Positions 30,544 through 41,039 of a stretch of 64,000 bases of DNA are shown here, in pieces. The stretch covers positions 17,518 to 81,517 of the forward strand of contig CAZSTC010000001.1 of assembly GCA_964609795.1 (NCBI GenBank). Reading direction: 5' to 3'. Numbering within the stretch: the first letter of the stretch is position 1; each line of letters opens with the position of its first letter. The notes under the pieces were generated by a model that ran no database searches, was not told the DNA's origin, and was given only the letters and a program-made list of their open reading frames with translations. The position numbers were made by a program, and so were the translations under genes. This DNA comes from an uncultured Verrucomicrobiota bacterium (GTDB lineage Bacteria > Verrucomicrobiota > Verrucomicrobiia > Limisphaerales > UBA1412).

Positions 30544-31200
30544 ATGAAGATTACAGTTAAAGATTTACAGGGTAAAGATCAGGGTCAGCTCGAAATCAGT
30601 GCTCAGCTGGAGCGTTTCGAAGAGCTCGGCAATAAGATGATTGGAACCCAGGCTGCTCACGAGGTTGTTACAGCGATTCGCGCTGCCAGACGCTCGGGGA
30701 CGGCTTGTACCAAGACTATGGGCGATGTTGCCGGAACCGGCAAGAAGCCCTGGAGACAAAAAGGAACCGGGCGCGCTCGTTCGGGTTCATTTGCTTCACC
30801 GATATGGGTGGGCGGCGGTGTCGTTTTCGGCCCCAAGCCTCGCGATTATTCCAAAAAGGTGAATCGCAAGGTTTCACAGTTGGCTCTTCAGAAAATTTTG
30901 AGCAATCGAGTTGCCACTGGCGACGTGGTTGCGGTAGAAGAACTGAAAATGCAATCGCCCAAAACGGGCCAGTTTGTTCAGATGCTTAAAGATATGAATC
31001 TGAATGAAGGTAAAGTTCTCTTTCTAGCTTCTATGGAGGATGATATCAACACGAACTTTCGCCTTGCTTCTCGCAATGTGCAGGGAGTCAAGATTATGAA
31101 TAGCGCCACGGTCAATACCTTTGACCTGGTTGCTCATCCTAAAATTGTGGTAACCAGGAAAGCCTGGGAAAACATTGAAAAACGCATTATCACCCAATAG
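30544..31200 (+). CDS. rplD: 50S ribosomal protein L4
   Basis: GTGKKPWRQKGTGRARSGS. Confidence 0.95.
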   Translation: MKITVKDLQGKDQGQLEISAQLERFEELGNKMIGTQAAHEVVTAIRAARRSGTACTKTMGDVAGTGKKPWRQKGTGRARSGSFASPIWVGGGVVFGPKPRDYSKKVNRKVSQLALQKILSNRVATGDVVAVEELKMQSPKTGQFVQMLKDMNLNEGKVLFLASMEDDINTNFRLASRNVQGVKIMNSATVNTFDLVAHPKIVVTRKAWENIEKRIITQ

Positions 31201-31203
31201 AGC

Positions 31204-31482
31204 ATGAATTCTTTTGATATTATTAAAACGGTGCGTGTCACCGAGAAGGGGACTGCTCAATCCGAATTGAACAAGTACACTTTGGTTGCCGACAAACGGG
31301 CCACCAAGATTCAAATCCGCCAAGCCGTGGAAGAGCTGTTCAAGGTGAAAGTGGTTAAGGTCAATACGATGAATGTTCGCGGTAAGACTCGCCGTCAGAG
31401 AACGGCCAGCGCCGGAAAGACATCGGATTGGAAGAAAGCTATCGTAACGTTGAAACAAGGCGATAAAATCAGCCTGACTTAA
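31204..31482 (+). CDS. rplW: 50S ribosomal protein L23
   Basis: [12 protein letters not shown] and [13 protein letters not shown]. Confidence 0.95.
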   Translation: MNSFDIIKTVRVTEKGTAQSELNKYTLVADKRATKIQIRQAVEELFKVKVVKVNTMNVRGKTRRQRTASAGKTSDWKKAIVTLKQGDKISLT

Positions 31483-31486
31483 TACT

Positions 31487-32332
31487 ATGTCTGTAAAAAC
31501 TTTTAGACCTTTGACTCCTTCACTGCGCTATTTGACGGTAGCGTCTTTCGAGGAGATTACCAAAACAAAACCAGAGAAGAATCTGGTTAAAATCCGTAAA
31601 AAAACGGGTGGTCGCAATAACATGGGCCGTGTTACAGCACGCGGCATCGGTGGTGGACACAAGCAGAAAGTTCGTCAGGTGGATTTCCGCCGGAATAAAT
31701 ACGGCGTAGAGGCTCGTGTTGCCGCGATTGAATATGATCCTTTGCGTACAGCCTATCTGGCGCTTTTGGAATACACTGATGGCGAGAAACGTTACATTAT
31801 TGCCCCCATTGGCTTAAAGGTGGGTGCTCGCGTCGTCAGCGGTCCTGAGGCTCCGGCTGATCTGGGTAACAGTCTGCCTTTAAAGAATATTCCGATGGGT
31901 TCCTCGATTCACAATATCGAGTTTACTCCCGGTAGAGGCGGTCAGCTGGTGCGTGCGGCAGGTGGAATGGCTACACTGATGTCCCGTTCTGAGGGGTATG
32001 CGCAGATTCGTCTTCCTTCGGGAGAAATTCGCAAAGTGAAAGAAGACTGCTATGCGACACTCGGACAAGTCGGAAACACGGATCATGAGAATGTGGTTAT
32101 CGGCAAGGCGGGTCGCTCTCGCTGGTTGGGCCGCAGACCGTTGAGTCGTGCAGTTGCAAAGAACCCTGTGGATCACCCCATGGGTGGTGGTGCAGGTAAA
32201 ACTTCCGGTGGTGGTCACCCCGTAACTCCTTGGGGTGTTATAACCAGAGGCTTTAAGACTCGTAAGAAAGTGAAATATTCAAATCGTTACATCGTGACTC
32301 GCCGGGATGGACGTGCGATGAAAATGAGATAA
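31487..32332 (+). CDS. rplB: 50S ribosomal protein L2
   Basis: [18 protein letters not shown] and [13 protein letters not shown]. Confidence 0.97.
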   Translation: MSVKTFRPLTPSLRYLTVASFEEITKTKPEKNLVKIRKKTGGRNNMGRVTARGIGGGHKQKVRQVDFRRNKYGVEARVAAIEYDPLRTAYLALLEYTDGEKRYIIAPIGLKVGARVVSGPEAPADLGNSLPLKNIPMGSSIHNIEFTPGRGGQLVRAAGGMATLMSRSEGYAQIRLPSGEIRKVKEDCYATLGQVGNTDHENVVIGKAGRSRWLGRRPLSRAVAKNPVDHPMGGGAGKTSGGGHPVTPWGVITRGFKTRKKVKYSNRYIVTRRDGRAMKMR

Positions 32333-32339
32333 GTGAGTT

Positions 32340-32621
32340 ATGGGACGTTCAATTAAAAAGGGTCCTTTTGTAGACCCGTCCTTGATGGACAAAGTACAAA
32401 AAATGAATGCCAGTGCTGCAAAAAAGCCGATTAAAACCTGGTCACGTCGTTCAATGATCACTCCAGATTTTGTGGGCTTAACCTTGAATGTGCATAACGG
32501 AAAGCTCTTTTTGCCGGTATTTGTCACGGAAAATATGGTGGGGCATCGCTTGGGCGAGTTCGTTCTGACTCGTACCTTTAAGAAGCACGGTGCGCATACT
32601 GCAAAAGCGGAGTCTAAATAA
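32340..32621 (+). CDS. rpsS: 30S ribosomal protein S19
   Basis: [12 protein letters not shown] and [24 protein letters not shown]. Confidence 0.97.
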   Translation: MGRSIKKGPFVDPSLMDKVQKMNASAAKKPIKTWSRRSMITPDFVGLTLNVHNGKLFLPVFVTENMVGHRLGEFVLTRTFKKHGAHTAKAESK

Positions 32622-32629
32622 GGAGAAAC

Positions 32630-32965
32630 ATGAGAGTTTTAGCAATAACAAAAAATATTCGTATGTCTCCGCAAAAGATGCGCGAGGTCACCAGGCAGAT
32701 TCATGGAATGAAAGCTCTGGATGCCCAAGCCGCTTTAGCCTACGTGCCGCGTAAATCTGCCCGTGCTGTACTTAAGACGTTACAGTCGGCTGTTGCCAAT
32801 GCGGTAAATAATTTTGGTCTGGAAGAGGGTTCTCTCCGGATTGTGGAGTCTGTGACGGGTGCTGCTCGCACATATAAACGTTTTACACCCAAGGCTCGCG
32901 GTTCGGCGGGACGTATCCTCAAGAGAGGATGCCACGTTCGTATCGTGTTATCTGACATGAACTAA
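32630..32965 (+). CDS. rplV: 50S ribosomal protein L22
   Basis: [19 protein letters not shown], in S10-operon position. Confidence 0.95.
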   Translation: MRVLAITKNIRMSPQKMREVTRQIHGMKALDAQAALAYVPRKSARAVLKTLQSAVANAVNNFGLEEGSLRIVESVTGAARTYKRFTPKARGSAGRILKRGCHVRIVLSDMN

Positions 32966-32975
32966 TTTACTAGAC

Positions 32976-33632
32976 ATGGGACAAAAAACTAATCCAATTG
33001 GCCTGAGACTTTCTTTGAACAAAGACTGGCGTTCTCGCTGGTATGCTCCAAAGAGTGAGTTCAGCAAACTTCTTGCTGAAGATGCTAAGATCAGGCAGCT
33101 TCTCAAAACAAAACTGGAATCAGCCTCCGTGCCGCGCATTAATATTGAGCGAGCCGGGAGCCGCTGTCGCGTGACTATTTTTACAGCCCGTCCTGGGTTG
33201 GTCATCGGCCGTAAAGGCGCAGAAATTGATAAGATGAAAGAAGAATTATCAAAGATGACCGGTAAGGAAGTGTATGTAGAAATTCAAGAGGTCAAACGTC
33301 CAGAAATGGACGCGCAGCTGGTTGCTGAGAATATCGCCCTGCAGCTTGAGCGCCGTGTGTCTTTCCGCCGCGCTATGAAAAGATCCATCCAAGTGGTGAT
33401 GGATGCTGGTGCTCAGGGAGTAAAGATTCGCTGTTCGGGACGTTTAGGAGGTGCGGAGCTTTCCCGCTCTGAGAATTATCATCAGGGAAGGGTACCGCTG
33501 CACACTCTGCGTGCGAACATAGATTATGGTTTCGCTGAAGCGCAAACCTTGTACGGAAAAATCGGTGTCAAGTGTTGGGTTTGCACTGGTGAAATGGAGA
33601 AAAAGCAAATATCCCAGCAGACCTCCCGATAG
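32976..33632 (+). CDS. rpsC: 30S ribosomal protein S3
   Basis: [12 protein letters not shown] and the KH motif [13 protein letters not shown]. Confidence 0.97.
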   Translation: MGQKTNPIGLRLSLNKDWRSRWYAPKSEFSKLLAEDAKIRQLLKTKLESASVPRINIERAGSRCRVTIFTARPGLVIGRKGAEIDKMKEELSKMTGKEVYVEIQEVKRPEMDAQLVAENIALQLERRVSFRRAMKRSIQVVMDAGAQGVKIRCSGRLGGAELSRSENYHQGRVPLHTLRANIDYGFAEAQTLYGKIGVKCWVCTGEMEKKQISQQTSR

Positions 33633-33650
33633 GAGGCAGGAAGGACAAAT

Positions 33651-34076
33651 ATGGCTTTAATTCCTTCAAGAGTTAAATATCGTAAACAACAACGAGGTAA
33701 TCGTGCTGGTATAGCTTCGCGGGGAAACTATCTCGCGTTCGGCACTTATGGTTTGATGGCAATGGAACGCTGCTGGATGGATACCCGCCAGTTGGAAGCT
33801 GCTCGTGTAGCAGTCACGCGTGCTATGAAACGGCATGGAAGGGTATGGCTGAGAGTGTTTCCGGATAAACCGGTTACCAAGAAGCCGCTGGAAGTTCGTC
33901 AAGGAACGGGTAAGGGTGCTGTTGATACCTGGGTGGCTGTGATTCGTCCGGCCAATATTTTGATGGAAGTGGAAGGTATCACAGAGACGCAGGCGCGCGA
34001 AGCATTTCGTCTGGCTGCCTGCAAACTCCCGATTCGTACTAAGTTTATCGGGCGTCATCGCGCTGCGAATGCATAA
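33651..34076 (+). CDS. rplP: 50S ribosomal protein L16
   Basis: [10 protein letters not shown] and [21 protein letters not shown]. Confidence 0.96.
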   Translation: MALIPSRVKYRKQQRGNRAGIASRGNYLAFGTYGLMAMERCWMDTRQLEAARVAVTRAMKRHGRVWLRVFPDKPVTKKPLEVRQGTGKGAVDTWVAVIRPANILMEVEGITETQAREAFRLAACKLPIRTKFIGRHRAANA

Positions 34077-34085
34077 GGAAAAAGT

Positions 34086-34283
34086 ATGAAAATATCTGAA
34101 ATTCAAGATCTTACTACCCAAGAACTTCTTGCGAAAGGTCGTGATCTCCGTGTTGAGCTCTTTAATCTTCGCTTGTTGAAGGTTAGCAGCCAGCTGGAAA
34201 AGTCACATCGGATTCGTTCCATTCGTCGGGATATTGCACGTATTGAGACGCAGATCTCCAAACAGCGCAAAAAATCAGCCTAA
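34086..34283 (+). CDS. rpmC: 50S ribosomal protein L29
   Basis: A 65-aa protein with LRVELFNLRL, in operon position. Confidence 0.93.
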   Translation: MKISEIQDLTTQELLAKGRDLRVELFNLRLLKVSSQLEKSHRIRSIRRDIARIETQISKQRKKSA

Positions 34284-34294
34284 ATTAAAGAGAT

Positions 34295-34567
34295 ATGGAA
34301 AATATTGAAACAAAAAAACCTGTCCGCAAGGAAAGAGTCGGGAAGGTCGTCTCCAACAAGATGAATAAAACTATCGTAGTGGAGGTTTCCCGTCGCCACG
34401 CACATCCTGAATTTAGGAAGATTGTTACGACCAAGAAGAAATTCTATGCTCATGATGAGAAGCAGGAGGCAAAGATTGGTGATACGGTTTGTATCGAAGA
34501 AACCAGGCCTCTTTCCAAGCTCAAGCGCTGGAATTTGGTAAAAGTAGTCAAACAGGCCAACATCTAA
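34295..34567 (+). CDS. rpsQ: 30S ribosomal protein S17
   Basis: [27 protein letters not shown]. Confidence 0.95.
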   Translation: MENIETKKPVRKERVGKVVSNKMNKTIVVEVSRRHAHPEFRKIVTTKKKFYAHDEKQEAKIGDTVCIEETRPLSKLKRWNLVKVVKQANI

Positions 34568-34583
34568 GAGGAGAAACTGAAAA

Positions 34584-34949
34584 ATGTTACTAGTTCGTAG
34601 TATTTTAAATGTCGCCGACAACACAGGTGCCCGCAAGGCAGCTGCTATCGGCGTGTTGGGCAAAAATCAGGAGTATGCCCGCGTGGGTGATGTTATTAAA
34701 GCCCATGTCAAGGAAGCGAGTCCGGATGGCACTGTAAAGAAGGGCGATGTCGTTAACGCTGTCGTGGTTCGCACAAAGAGAGCAATCTATCGCAGTGATG
34801 GATCCTCTGTGCGTTTTGACAGCAACGCTATCGTTATTGTTGATAAAGATAACAACCCCAGGGGAACGCGTATTTTCGGTCCTGTTGCTCGTGAATTGCG
34901 CGATAAGAAGTTTTTGAAGATTATTTCGCTCGCACCGGAGGTTGTCTAA
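34584..34949 (+). CDS. rplN: 50S ribosomal protein L14
   Basis: [11 protein letters not shown] and [26 protein letters not shown]. Confidence 0.97.
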   Translation: MLLVRSILNVADNTGARKAAAIGVLGKNQEYARVGDVIKAHVKEASPDGTVKKGDVVNAVVVRTKRAIYRSDGSSVRFDSNAIVIVDKDNNPRGTRIFGPVARELRDKKFLKIISLAPEVV

Positions 34950-34953
34950 GGTT

Positions 34954-35274
34954 ATGGAAAAGTTTGCAAAAGATAAGAAAAGCGCTCTCAAAGCTATCCG
35001 GAAAGGTGACACGGTTGTGGTCATCTCCGGCAGCAGAAAAGAGAAGCACGGAAAACCGGCATTGCGTGGTCAGCGCGGCAAGGTTCTGTTTGTATTGCGC
35101 GATAAACAACGCGCAGTTGTTGAGGGTCTGAACTTGATCAAGCGGCACACTCGCCGCTCTCAGCTCAATCCTAATGGTGCCATTATTGAAAGAGAGGGTA
35201 CTATTCATATTTCAAACCTCATGAGAGTGGAGCTCTATGATGCCCGCCAGAAGAATAAAGAGGCTGCAAAGTAA
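34954..35274 (+). CDS. rplX: 50S ribosomal protein L24
   Basis: The KOW motif is IRKGDTVVVISGSRKEKHGK. ATG 34954 is preferred over the track TTG 34942, which overlaps rplN. Confidence 0.9.
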   Translation: MEKFAKDKKSALKAIRKGDTVVVISGSRKEKHGKPALRGQRGKVLFVLRDKQRAVVEGLNLIKRHTRRSQLNPNGAIIEREGTIHISNLMRVELYDARQKNKEAAK

Positions 35275-35282
35275 GGATATAA

Positions 35283-35831
35283 ATGAAAGCTAACAGACTC
35301 TATCAAAAATATGTGGATACGGTTCGTCCTTCCCTGGTTGAAACCTGGAAGTATGAAAACGTTCATCAGATTCCTCAGCTGCAAAAAGTAGTCATCCGCA
35401 TGGGGTGGAACACCTCAACCGAAAAGGGAGCAGTTGATGATGCCATTAAAGAACTGACGGCAATCACCGGCCGCAAACCTGTGGCCGACCGAGCACGCAA
35501 AAGCGTTGCTAATTTTAAACTGCGCAAAGGACAGCAAATTGGTTGCCATGTAACCCTGCGCCGTGAAGTGATGTTCGAATTCCTGGATCGCCTGATCTCA
35601 ACAGCGTTGCCTCGCATTCGCGACTTCCGTGGTATTTCACCCAAAGCCTTTGATGGCCGTGGTAACTACTCCATTGGAGTGGACCAGCAGGTGATCTTCC
35701 CGGAAATTGACGCTGATAAGGTTAAAAGAAACCAGGGGATGGATATCACAATAGTGACTTCCGCAAATACAGATGCGGAAGCTCTTGATCTACTGAAAAA
35801 GCTCGGTATGCCTTTTACCGGGAAACAATAA
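35283..35831 (+). CDS. rplE: 50S ribosomal protein L5
   Basis: [16 protein letters not shown] and [21 protein letters not shown]. Confidence 0.96.
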   Translation: MKANRLYQKYVDTVRPSLVETWKYENVHQIPQLQKVVIRMGWNTSTEKGAVDDAIKELTAITGRKPVADRARKSVANFKLRKGQQIGCHVTLRREVMFEFLDRLISTALPRIRDFRGISPKAFDGRGNYSIGVDQQVIFPEIDADKVKRNQGMDITIVTSANTDAEALDLLKKLGMPFTGKQ

Positions 35832-35836
35832 TTACT

Positions 35837-36106
35837 ATGGCTAAAAAGTCTTGGATCGAACGTGAAAAGAAAAAGCGCGAACTGGTGGCGAAGTATGCTG
35901 CTAAGCGCGCGGAGTTGAAGGCCAATCATGATTACGTTGCACTCTCTAAGTTGCCCCGCAACTCCAGCACTGTGCGTCTCGTAAACCGCTGTACGCTCAG
36001 TGGTCGTCGTCATGGATTCCTTCGTAAATTTGGTCTCTCCCGTCTCGCTTTCCGCGAGATGGCCCGGAATGGTCTTATTCCTGGAGTAACAAAAGCAAGC
36101 TGGTAA
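35837..36106 (+). CDS. rpsN: 30S ribosomal protein S14 (long, zinc-free type)
   Basis: [39 protein letters not shown], at 89 aa, with no CxxC pairs. Confidence 0.95.
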   Translation: MAKKSWIEREKKKRELVAKYAAKRAELKANHDYVALSKLPRNSSTVRLVNRCTLSGRRHGFLRKFGLSRLAFREMARNGLIPGVTKASW

Positions 36107-36120
36107 AACCGATATAGATA

Positions 36121-36504
36121 ATGGATACTATTGCTGATTTTTTGACTGTGATTCGCAATGCGGGTTCCGCTTTGCACAAAACAGTGACTGCTCCTCACTC
36201 CAAAATGAAAGAGGCCATAGCCCGCATCCTTAAGGACGAGGGCTACATCCTGGATTACTCAGTAGAGGGAGAGAAAATTAAAAAGCTGACCCTGACTCTG
36301 AAATATCAGAACCGCAAGCCTGTCATTCAGACGTTGCGGCGCGTGAGCAAGCCTGGGATTCGCTGCTATGTGGGTACCAAAAGTATTCCCCGGGTTCTGG
36401 GTGGATTAGGCATTGTCATTCTTTCCACACCTCAAGGGGTTATGACTGGTGTTGAAGCTCGTAAAAACAACTGCGGAGGCGAAGTCCTCTGTTACATCTG
36501 GTAG
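36121..36504 (+). CDS. rpsH: 30S ribosomal protein S8
   Basis: [13 protein letters not shown] and the C-terminal GGEVLCYIW. Confidence 0.96.
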   Translation: MDTIADFLTVIRNAGSALHKTVTAPHSKMKEAIARILKDEGYILDYSVEGEKIKKLTLTLKYQNRKPVIQTLRRVSKPGIRCYVGTKSIPRVLGGLGIVILSTPQGVMTGVEARKNNCGGEVLCYIW

Positions 36505-36521
36505 AAAGGAGAATTAAAGAT

Positions 36522-37061
36522 ATGTCTAGAGTAGGAAAAACTCCCATCCAAATCCCTTCTGCCGTAAAGGTGACAGTAAAAGGTCAGGATGTTTTTGTGG
36601 AAGGCCCCAAAGGTAAGCTCTCTTTCAAGACTTTGCCTTATACTTCGGCTAAAGTCGAAGGTAGCATCATAACGATCGACCGTGAAGGTAATAACGCTGA
36701 GGCTCGCATGATGCACGGTACTTGCCGGGCTCGTATCGCCAATATGGTTGAAGGCGTTACCGCAGGATATTCAAAGAAACTTGAGATTCAGGGTGTCGGC
36801 TTCAAAGCAAGCGTTGCCGGCAATGTCGTGACGATGAATTTAGGTTACGCTCATCCCTGTGTGTATCCTTTGCCGGAGGGCGTGAAGGTGACAGTAGATG
36901 CTACGGGGACCAAACTTGCAATTGACGGTATTGATAAGAACGACGTGGGTCGCGTGGCTGCTGAGCTCAGAGCTTATTATCCGCCAGAGCCTTATAAAGG
37001 TAAAGGTGTTCGTTATGAAGGCGAACATGTTGTACGTAAGGAAGGTAAGACTGTTCAATAA
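36522..37061 (+). CDS. rplF: 50S ribosomal protein L6
   Basis: MSRVGKTPIQIPSAVKVTV and YKGKGVRYEGE. Confidence 0.96.
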   Translation: MSRVGKTPIQIPSAVKVTVKGQDVFVEGPKGKLSFKTLPYTSAKVEGSIITIDREGNNAEARMMHGTCRARIANMVEGVTAGYSKKLEIQGVGFKASVAGNVVTMNLGYAHPCVYPLPEGVKVTVDATGTKLAIDGIDKNDVGRVAAELRAYYPPEPYKGKGVRYEGEHVVRKEGKTVQ

Positions 37062-37109
37062 TTGATTTGATTACAACCCGGAGACGGTTTATGCCGTGTC
37101 CACTATAAA

Positions 37110-37472
37110 ATGAATAATATTCAGAAAAACAGGTTGTTGAGAGTTCGCCGCTGGCGGATTCGCAAGAAAGTAAAAGGCACCCAGATGCGCCCCCGTATGA
37201 GCGTTAAATTTACTGGCCAACACATTTATGTCCAGTTTATTGACGATGAAGCGGCCAAGACGCTTGTGTGGGTCTCCACTAACAACAAGGAGGGCAAGAG
37301 CTCGAAGCTAGCTGCTAATGTAAAGTCGGCGATCACTGTCGGCAAAATGGCGGGTGAGGCTGCTAAAGCGGCCGGTATCACTCAGGTCGTTTTTGACAGA
37401 AACGGGGCTCTCTATCACGGAAAAGTGAAAGCTCTGGCCGAAGCAGCGAGAGAAACGGGACTGGTGTTCTAA
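37110..37472 (+). CDS. rplR: 50S ribosomal protein L18
   Basis: RPRMSVKFTGQHIYVQFIDD and FDRNGALYHGKVKALAEAARETGLVF. Confidence 0.95.
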   Translation: MNNIQKNRLLRVRRWRIRKKVKGTQMRPRMSVKFTGQHIYVQFIDDEAAKTLVWVSTNNKEGKSSKLAANVKSAITVGKMAGEAAKAAGITQVVFDRNGALYHGKVKALAEAARETGLVF

Positions 37473-37494
37473 TTTAAAATCAGGAGAATTTACT

Positions 37495-38094
37495 GTGTCA
37501 GAAGCAAAAAATATTAATCCCCGCGGAGGGGGCAGACAGGGTCGCTCTCAGCGTCGCTCTTATGATCAGAAGAGGTCCGAGTTCGAACAGGATAAGGGGC
37601 CGGAGTTGCACGAGAAGGTTGTGTTTATCAACCGTTCCTCGAAAGTGGTGAAAGGTGGACGTCGCTTTAATTTCAGCGCGTTAGTGATCGTGGGAGACCG
37701 TGAAGGCAAGTATGGTCTTGCTTTGGGTAAAGCCAATGAGGTTGCCGATGCGATTCGCCGCGGCAATGAATTAGCCCGGATGCGCATGGAGAAGATTTCC
37801 TATAAGGGCCACACTATTCCCCATGAAGTAAGTGCTGCTTACGATGGCGCCAGAGTCCTTCTTCGTCCTGCATCAGAGGGTACGGGCGTGATTGCTGGCA
37901 AAACTGTTCGCGCGGTCTTGGATGCCGTAGGTGTCAAGGACGTTCTCAGCAAGAGTATGGGTTCCAACAACCCGGCCAACGTGGTCAAAGCCACGATCGC
38001 CGCGTTGAAGAAATTGCGTACCCGCGAGGAAGTCCAAAGTGTCCGCGGTATAAACCGTAAGCAAAAAGAAGAAGTAACGAATACTGAAGTTTAA
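37495..38094 (+). CDS. rpsE: 30S ribosomal protein S5
   Basis: VVFINRSSKVVKGGRRFNFSALVIVGD and GTGVIAGKTVRAVL, with a basic N-terminal extension. GTG start. Confidence 0.93.
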   Translation: MSEAKNINPRGGGRQGRSQRRSYDQKRSEFEQDKGPELHEKVVFINRSSKVVKGGRRFNFSALVIVGDREGKYGLALGKANEVADAIRRGNELARMRMEKISYKGHTIPHEVSAAYDGARVLLRPASEGTGVIAGKTVRAVLDAVGVKDVLSKSMGSNNPANVVKATIAALKKLRTREEVQSVRGINRKQKEEVTNTEV

Positions 38095-38099
38095 TTTCT

Positions 38100-38606
38100 A
38101 TGCAATTGCATTCACTGAAATCCCGTGCTGGTTCACGCCATCGGGTCAAGCGCCTTGGAAAAGGTGAGTCTAGTGGTTTGGGTAAAACATCCGGTCGCGG
38201 AGGCAAGGGCCAGACGGCTCGTTCTGGTTCCTCCATTCGCCCGGGGTTTGAAGGCGGTCAGATGCCGCTTATCCGCCGCATTCCAAAACGTGGATTTAAC
38301 AATATCCGCTTTGCAACGATTTACTCTGTTGTGAATCTGTGTGATCTCAATCAGTTTGATGAGGGAACTCGCGTGGATGAAACCTTACTGCGTGCTCACG
38401 GGTTGGTTCGCGGCACTAATGATGGTGTCAAGGTTCTTGCCACGGGTGAATTAACCAAAAAAATAACCGTCGTAGCTGATAAATTCAGCGCTGCGGCTCA
38501 ACAAAAAATCGAAGCTGCCGGTGGTGTCTGCGAGGTTGCCCCGGCCAGGAGAAAAGAATCGAAGGCGAAGGCCTGTTGCGGTTCTTGCTCCTGTGAGAAT
38601 CAATAA
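38100..38606 (+). CDS. rplO: 50S ribosomal protein L15 with a Cys-rich C-terminal tail
   Basis: RHRVKRLGKGESSGLGKTSGRGGKGQ marks L15. About 22 aa extend past the usual end and finish KACCGSCSCENQ. It follows rpsE after 5 nt, so no rpmD is present. Confidence 0.93.
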   Translation: MQLHSLKSRAGSRHRVKRLGKGESSGLGKTSGRGGKGQTARSGSSIRPGFEGGQMPLIRRIPKRGFNNIRFATIYSVVNLCDLNQFDEGTRVDETLLRAHGLVRGTNDGVKVLATGELTKKITVVADKFSAAAQQKIEAAGGVCEVAPARRKESKAKACCGSCSCENQ

Positions 38607-38620
38607 CCGACGCAGATCAC

Positions 38621-39991
38621 ATGATTAAGAACATTGTCAATACATTCGTAAACTGCTTTAAAATTCCGGAGCTCCGCTCCAGAATTCTATTTACCTTGAT
38701 TGTACTGGGTATTTGCAGGCTTGTTGCTATCATTCCTATACCCGGACTGGATAGCAGCGCCCTGAGGCAGTACTTTGATTCACATGCCGGATCCGGAGGT
38801 GGTCTGTTGGGTATGTACAGTATGTTCACGGGTGGTGCTCTTGAGCGCTGCGCTGTGGGCACACTAGGTATCATGCCTTACATTAGCGCCACCATTATTC
38901 TGCAACTGCTGACGGCCGTTGTGGGTAAACTGAGCCGACTGGCTCGGGAAGAAGGTGGTAGGGTCAAGATCATTCAGTATGGTCGTGTGTTGACGGTTCT
39001 GCTTTGTCTTGGACAAGGCTTTGTGATGGCATTGGCTTTTGAGCATCCCGGAAAGCTCTTCAGTGGCTTTGAAGGGAATCTCATCTTAGTCGACAATCTA
39101 TGGTGGTACCGGATTCAGACAGCAATTTTGCTGACTACCGGTACCGTCATGTTGATGTGGCTGGGAGAACAGATTACTGAGCGCGGAATTGGTAACGGTA
39201 TATCCCTGATCATTACGGTCGGTATTCTGTCTCGAATTCCACAAGCGGCTCAGGGCGTGAAGGATATGTTCTTTACGAGCGTCGATAGCCAGTTCAATAT
39301 GGGGCACTTGATCCTCATGATTGTGCTTCTAGTAATCGTGGTGGCTTCTGTGATCGCAATCACTCAGGCCCAGCGCAAAATTCCTGTTCAGTATGCGCAG
39401 CGTACAGTTGGAAGAAAATCCTATGCGGGAACGACTTCCTTTTTGCCCTTGCGTGTGAACTATGCGGGTGTTATGCCCATCATTTTTGCTCAGGCCTTGT
39501 TGATGTTCCCCGAGAGCATCTTCACCTATCTGCACGGAGCCTTCGATGTGAAGCTTTTCGGCGAAATTGCCCGTCAGCTTCATGCCGGCAAACTTCTTTA
39601 TCTAGGCCTTTACGGCGGCATGATCATTTTCTTCACCTACTTCTGGGTGGCGACTCAGTTTAACGAACTGCAAATTTCTGATGATCTGAAGAAACATGGC
39701 GGTTATATTCCGGGTGTCAGACCTGGCCAGGTGACCTGTGACTTTTTGCATCACGCGATGAGTCGCTTGACCTTGGCCGGTGCCATCTTCCTGACGATCA
39801 TTGCTGTGATTCCCATGATGATGTATGGTTATTTTGGAATTGATTTCCAGGTGGCCAGCTTTTTCGGCGGAACCAGTATTCTGATTCTTGTCGGTGTTGT
39901 CCTAGATACGATGCGGCAGATTGAGTCACACCTGATGATGAGGCACTATGACGGCTTCCTCAAGAAGGGACGCATTCGCGGACGATTCTAA
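38621..39991 (+). CDS. secY: Preprotein translocase subunit SecY
   Basis: The 456-aa protein has a 10-TM pattern, with GIMPYISATIILQLL and GEQITERGIGNGISLII. Confidence 0.97.
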   Translation: MIKNIVNTFVNCFKIPELRSRILFTLIVLGICRLVAIIPIPGLDSSALRQYFDSHAGSGGGLLGMYSMFTGGALERCAVGTLGIMPYISATIILQLLTAVVGKLSRLAREEGGRVKIIQYGRVLTVLLCLGQGFVMALAFEHPGKLFSGFEGNLILVDNLWWYRIQTAILLTTGTVMLMWLGEQITERGIGNGISLIITVGILSRIPQAAQGVKDMFFTSVDSQFNMGHLILMIVLLVIVVASVIAITQAQRKIPVQYAQRTVGRKSYAGTTSFLPLRVNYAGVMPIIFAQALLMFPESIFTYLHGAFDVKLFGEIARQLHAGKLLYLGLYGGMIIFFTYFWVATQFNELQISDDLKKHGGYIPGVRPGQVTCDFLHHAMSRLTLAGAIFLTIIAVIPMMMYGYFGIDFQVASFFGGTSILILVGVVLDTMRQIESHLMMRHYDGFLKKGRIRGRF

Positions 39992-40059
39992 ACCGGAAGC
40001 GAAGTTTGTTTTGATCTTTGATTTTAACGATTACTGTTTAAGCCGATAAAGAGCGCTCT

Positions 40060-40812
40060 GTGAAAATTCCGATTAAAGACGAAAAAGGAATCCAAGGGAT
40101 GCGCGAGGCTGGACAGGTAGCGGCAAGGGTGCTCCGCGATATGGCCCAAAAGGTCCAGCCCGGAGTCAGTACTTTGGAGCTTGACCAATATGCCAAGGAA
40201 AGGATAGCCTTCTACGGAGGCAAGAGTGCCTTTTTGGGATATTGCGGATACCCTGCGCAGACCTGCATTTCGGTAAACGAAGTGGTGATTCACGGCATTG
40301 CCGATTCACGGCGTCTTGTTCTGGGAGATATTGTCAGTCTGGATGTCGGAGTTCTCTATAATGGCTACATCGGCGACAACGCCAAAACGGTTGTTGCCGG
40401 TGGGTGCTCTGCGGAGGCTCAAAAACTGCTGACCGTGACTGAAACGTCCCTTTGCAAGGGAATTGAACAGGCTAGGGCGGGAAATAAGGTTTCGGATATT
40501 TCCCGTGCAGTTCAGAAATGGGTTGAATCCAACGACTGCAGTGTCGTCAGGGAATTTGTTGGGCACGGAGTGGGGCGCAAACTCCATGAAGAGCCGCAGG
40601 TGCCTAATTTTTGGGAGGGTGGAAAATCCCCCACACTGCTTCCCGGGATGACATTGGCGATTGAGCCAATGGTCAATCTGGGAGGAGCAGCAGTAAAAAT
40701 TTTGAAAGATGGCTGGACAACGGTTACCAAAGATGGTAGTTTGTCTGCCCATTTTGAACATACGGTTCTAATAACGAATGGAGAGCCGGAAGTCCTTACA
40801 TGGCCAGATTAG
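40060..40812 (+). CDS. map: Type I methionine aminopeptidase
   Basis: VIHGI, DVGVLYNGYIGDNAKT, VGHGVG, LAIEP and FEHTVLIT. GTG start. Confidence 0.93.
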   Translation: MKIPIKDEKGIQGMREAGQVAARVLRDMAQKVQPGVSTLELDQYAKERIAFYGGKSAFLGYCGYPAQTCISVNEVVIHGIADSRRLVLGDIVSLDVGVLYNGYIGDNAKTVVAGGCSAEAQKLLTVTETSLCKGIEQARAGNKVSDISRAVQKWVESNDCSVVREFVGHGVGRKLHEEPQVPNFWEGGKSPTLLPGMTLAIEPMVNLGGAAVKILKDGWTTVTKDGSLSAHFEHTVLITNGEPEVLTWPD

Positions 40813-41039
40813 GGGCAGTACATATTGCAGCGCAACTTTCTTTAAAGAGGAGTGATGCGTTGTGGAATGCGTGTTTTTCTAATGGTCATCAGGTAAATGC
40901 CTTTTTTTGTCCGGAGTTGAAAAGGGACCCCGTGCAACTTCGGCAGGGCGATTGGGTCCTATTGGAAGTATCACCTTTTGATTTATCAGAGGGTTGTATT
41001 TTGAGAAAGTTAAGTAAAAGCGATAACGATGAAAGTTAG
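40800..41039 (+). CDS. infA: Highly diverged translation initiation factor IF-1-like S1-fold protein
   Basis: It occupies the canonical map-infA-rpmJ position. It shares NGH..A, GD.V..E..P.DLS.G.I with IF-1 at the same offsets, with only about a quarter of positions identical to E. coli IF-1 by eye. It overlaps map by 13 nt and rpmJ by 11 nt. Confidence 0.55.
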   Translation: MARLGAVHIAAQLSLKRSDALWNACFSNGHQVNAFFCPELKRDPVQLRQGDWVLLEVSPFDLSEGCILRKLSKSDNDES

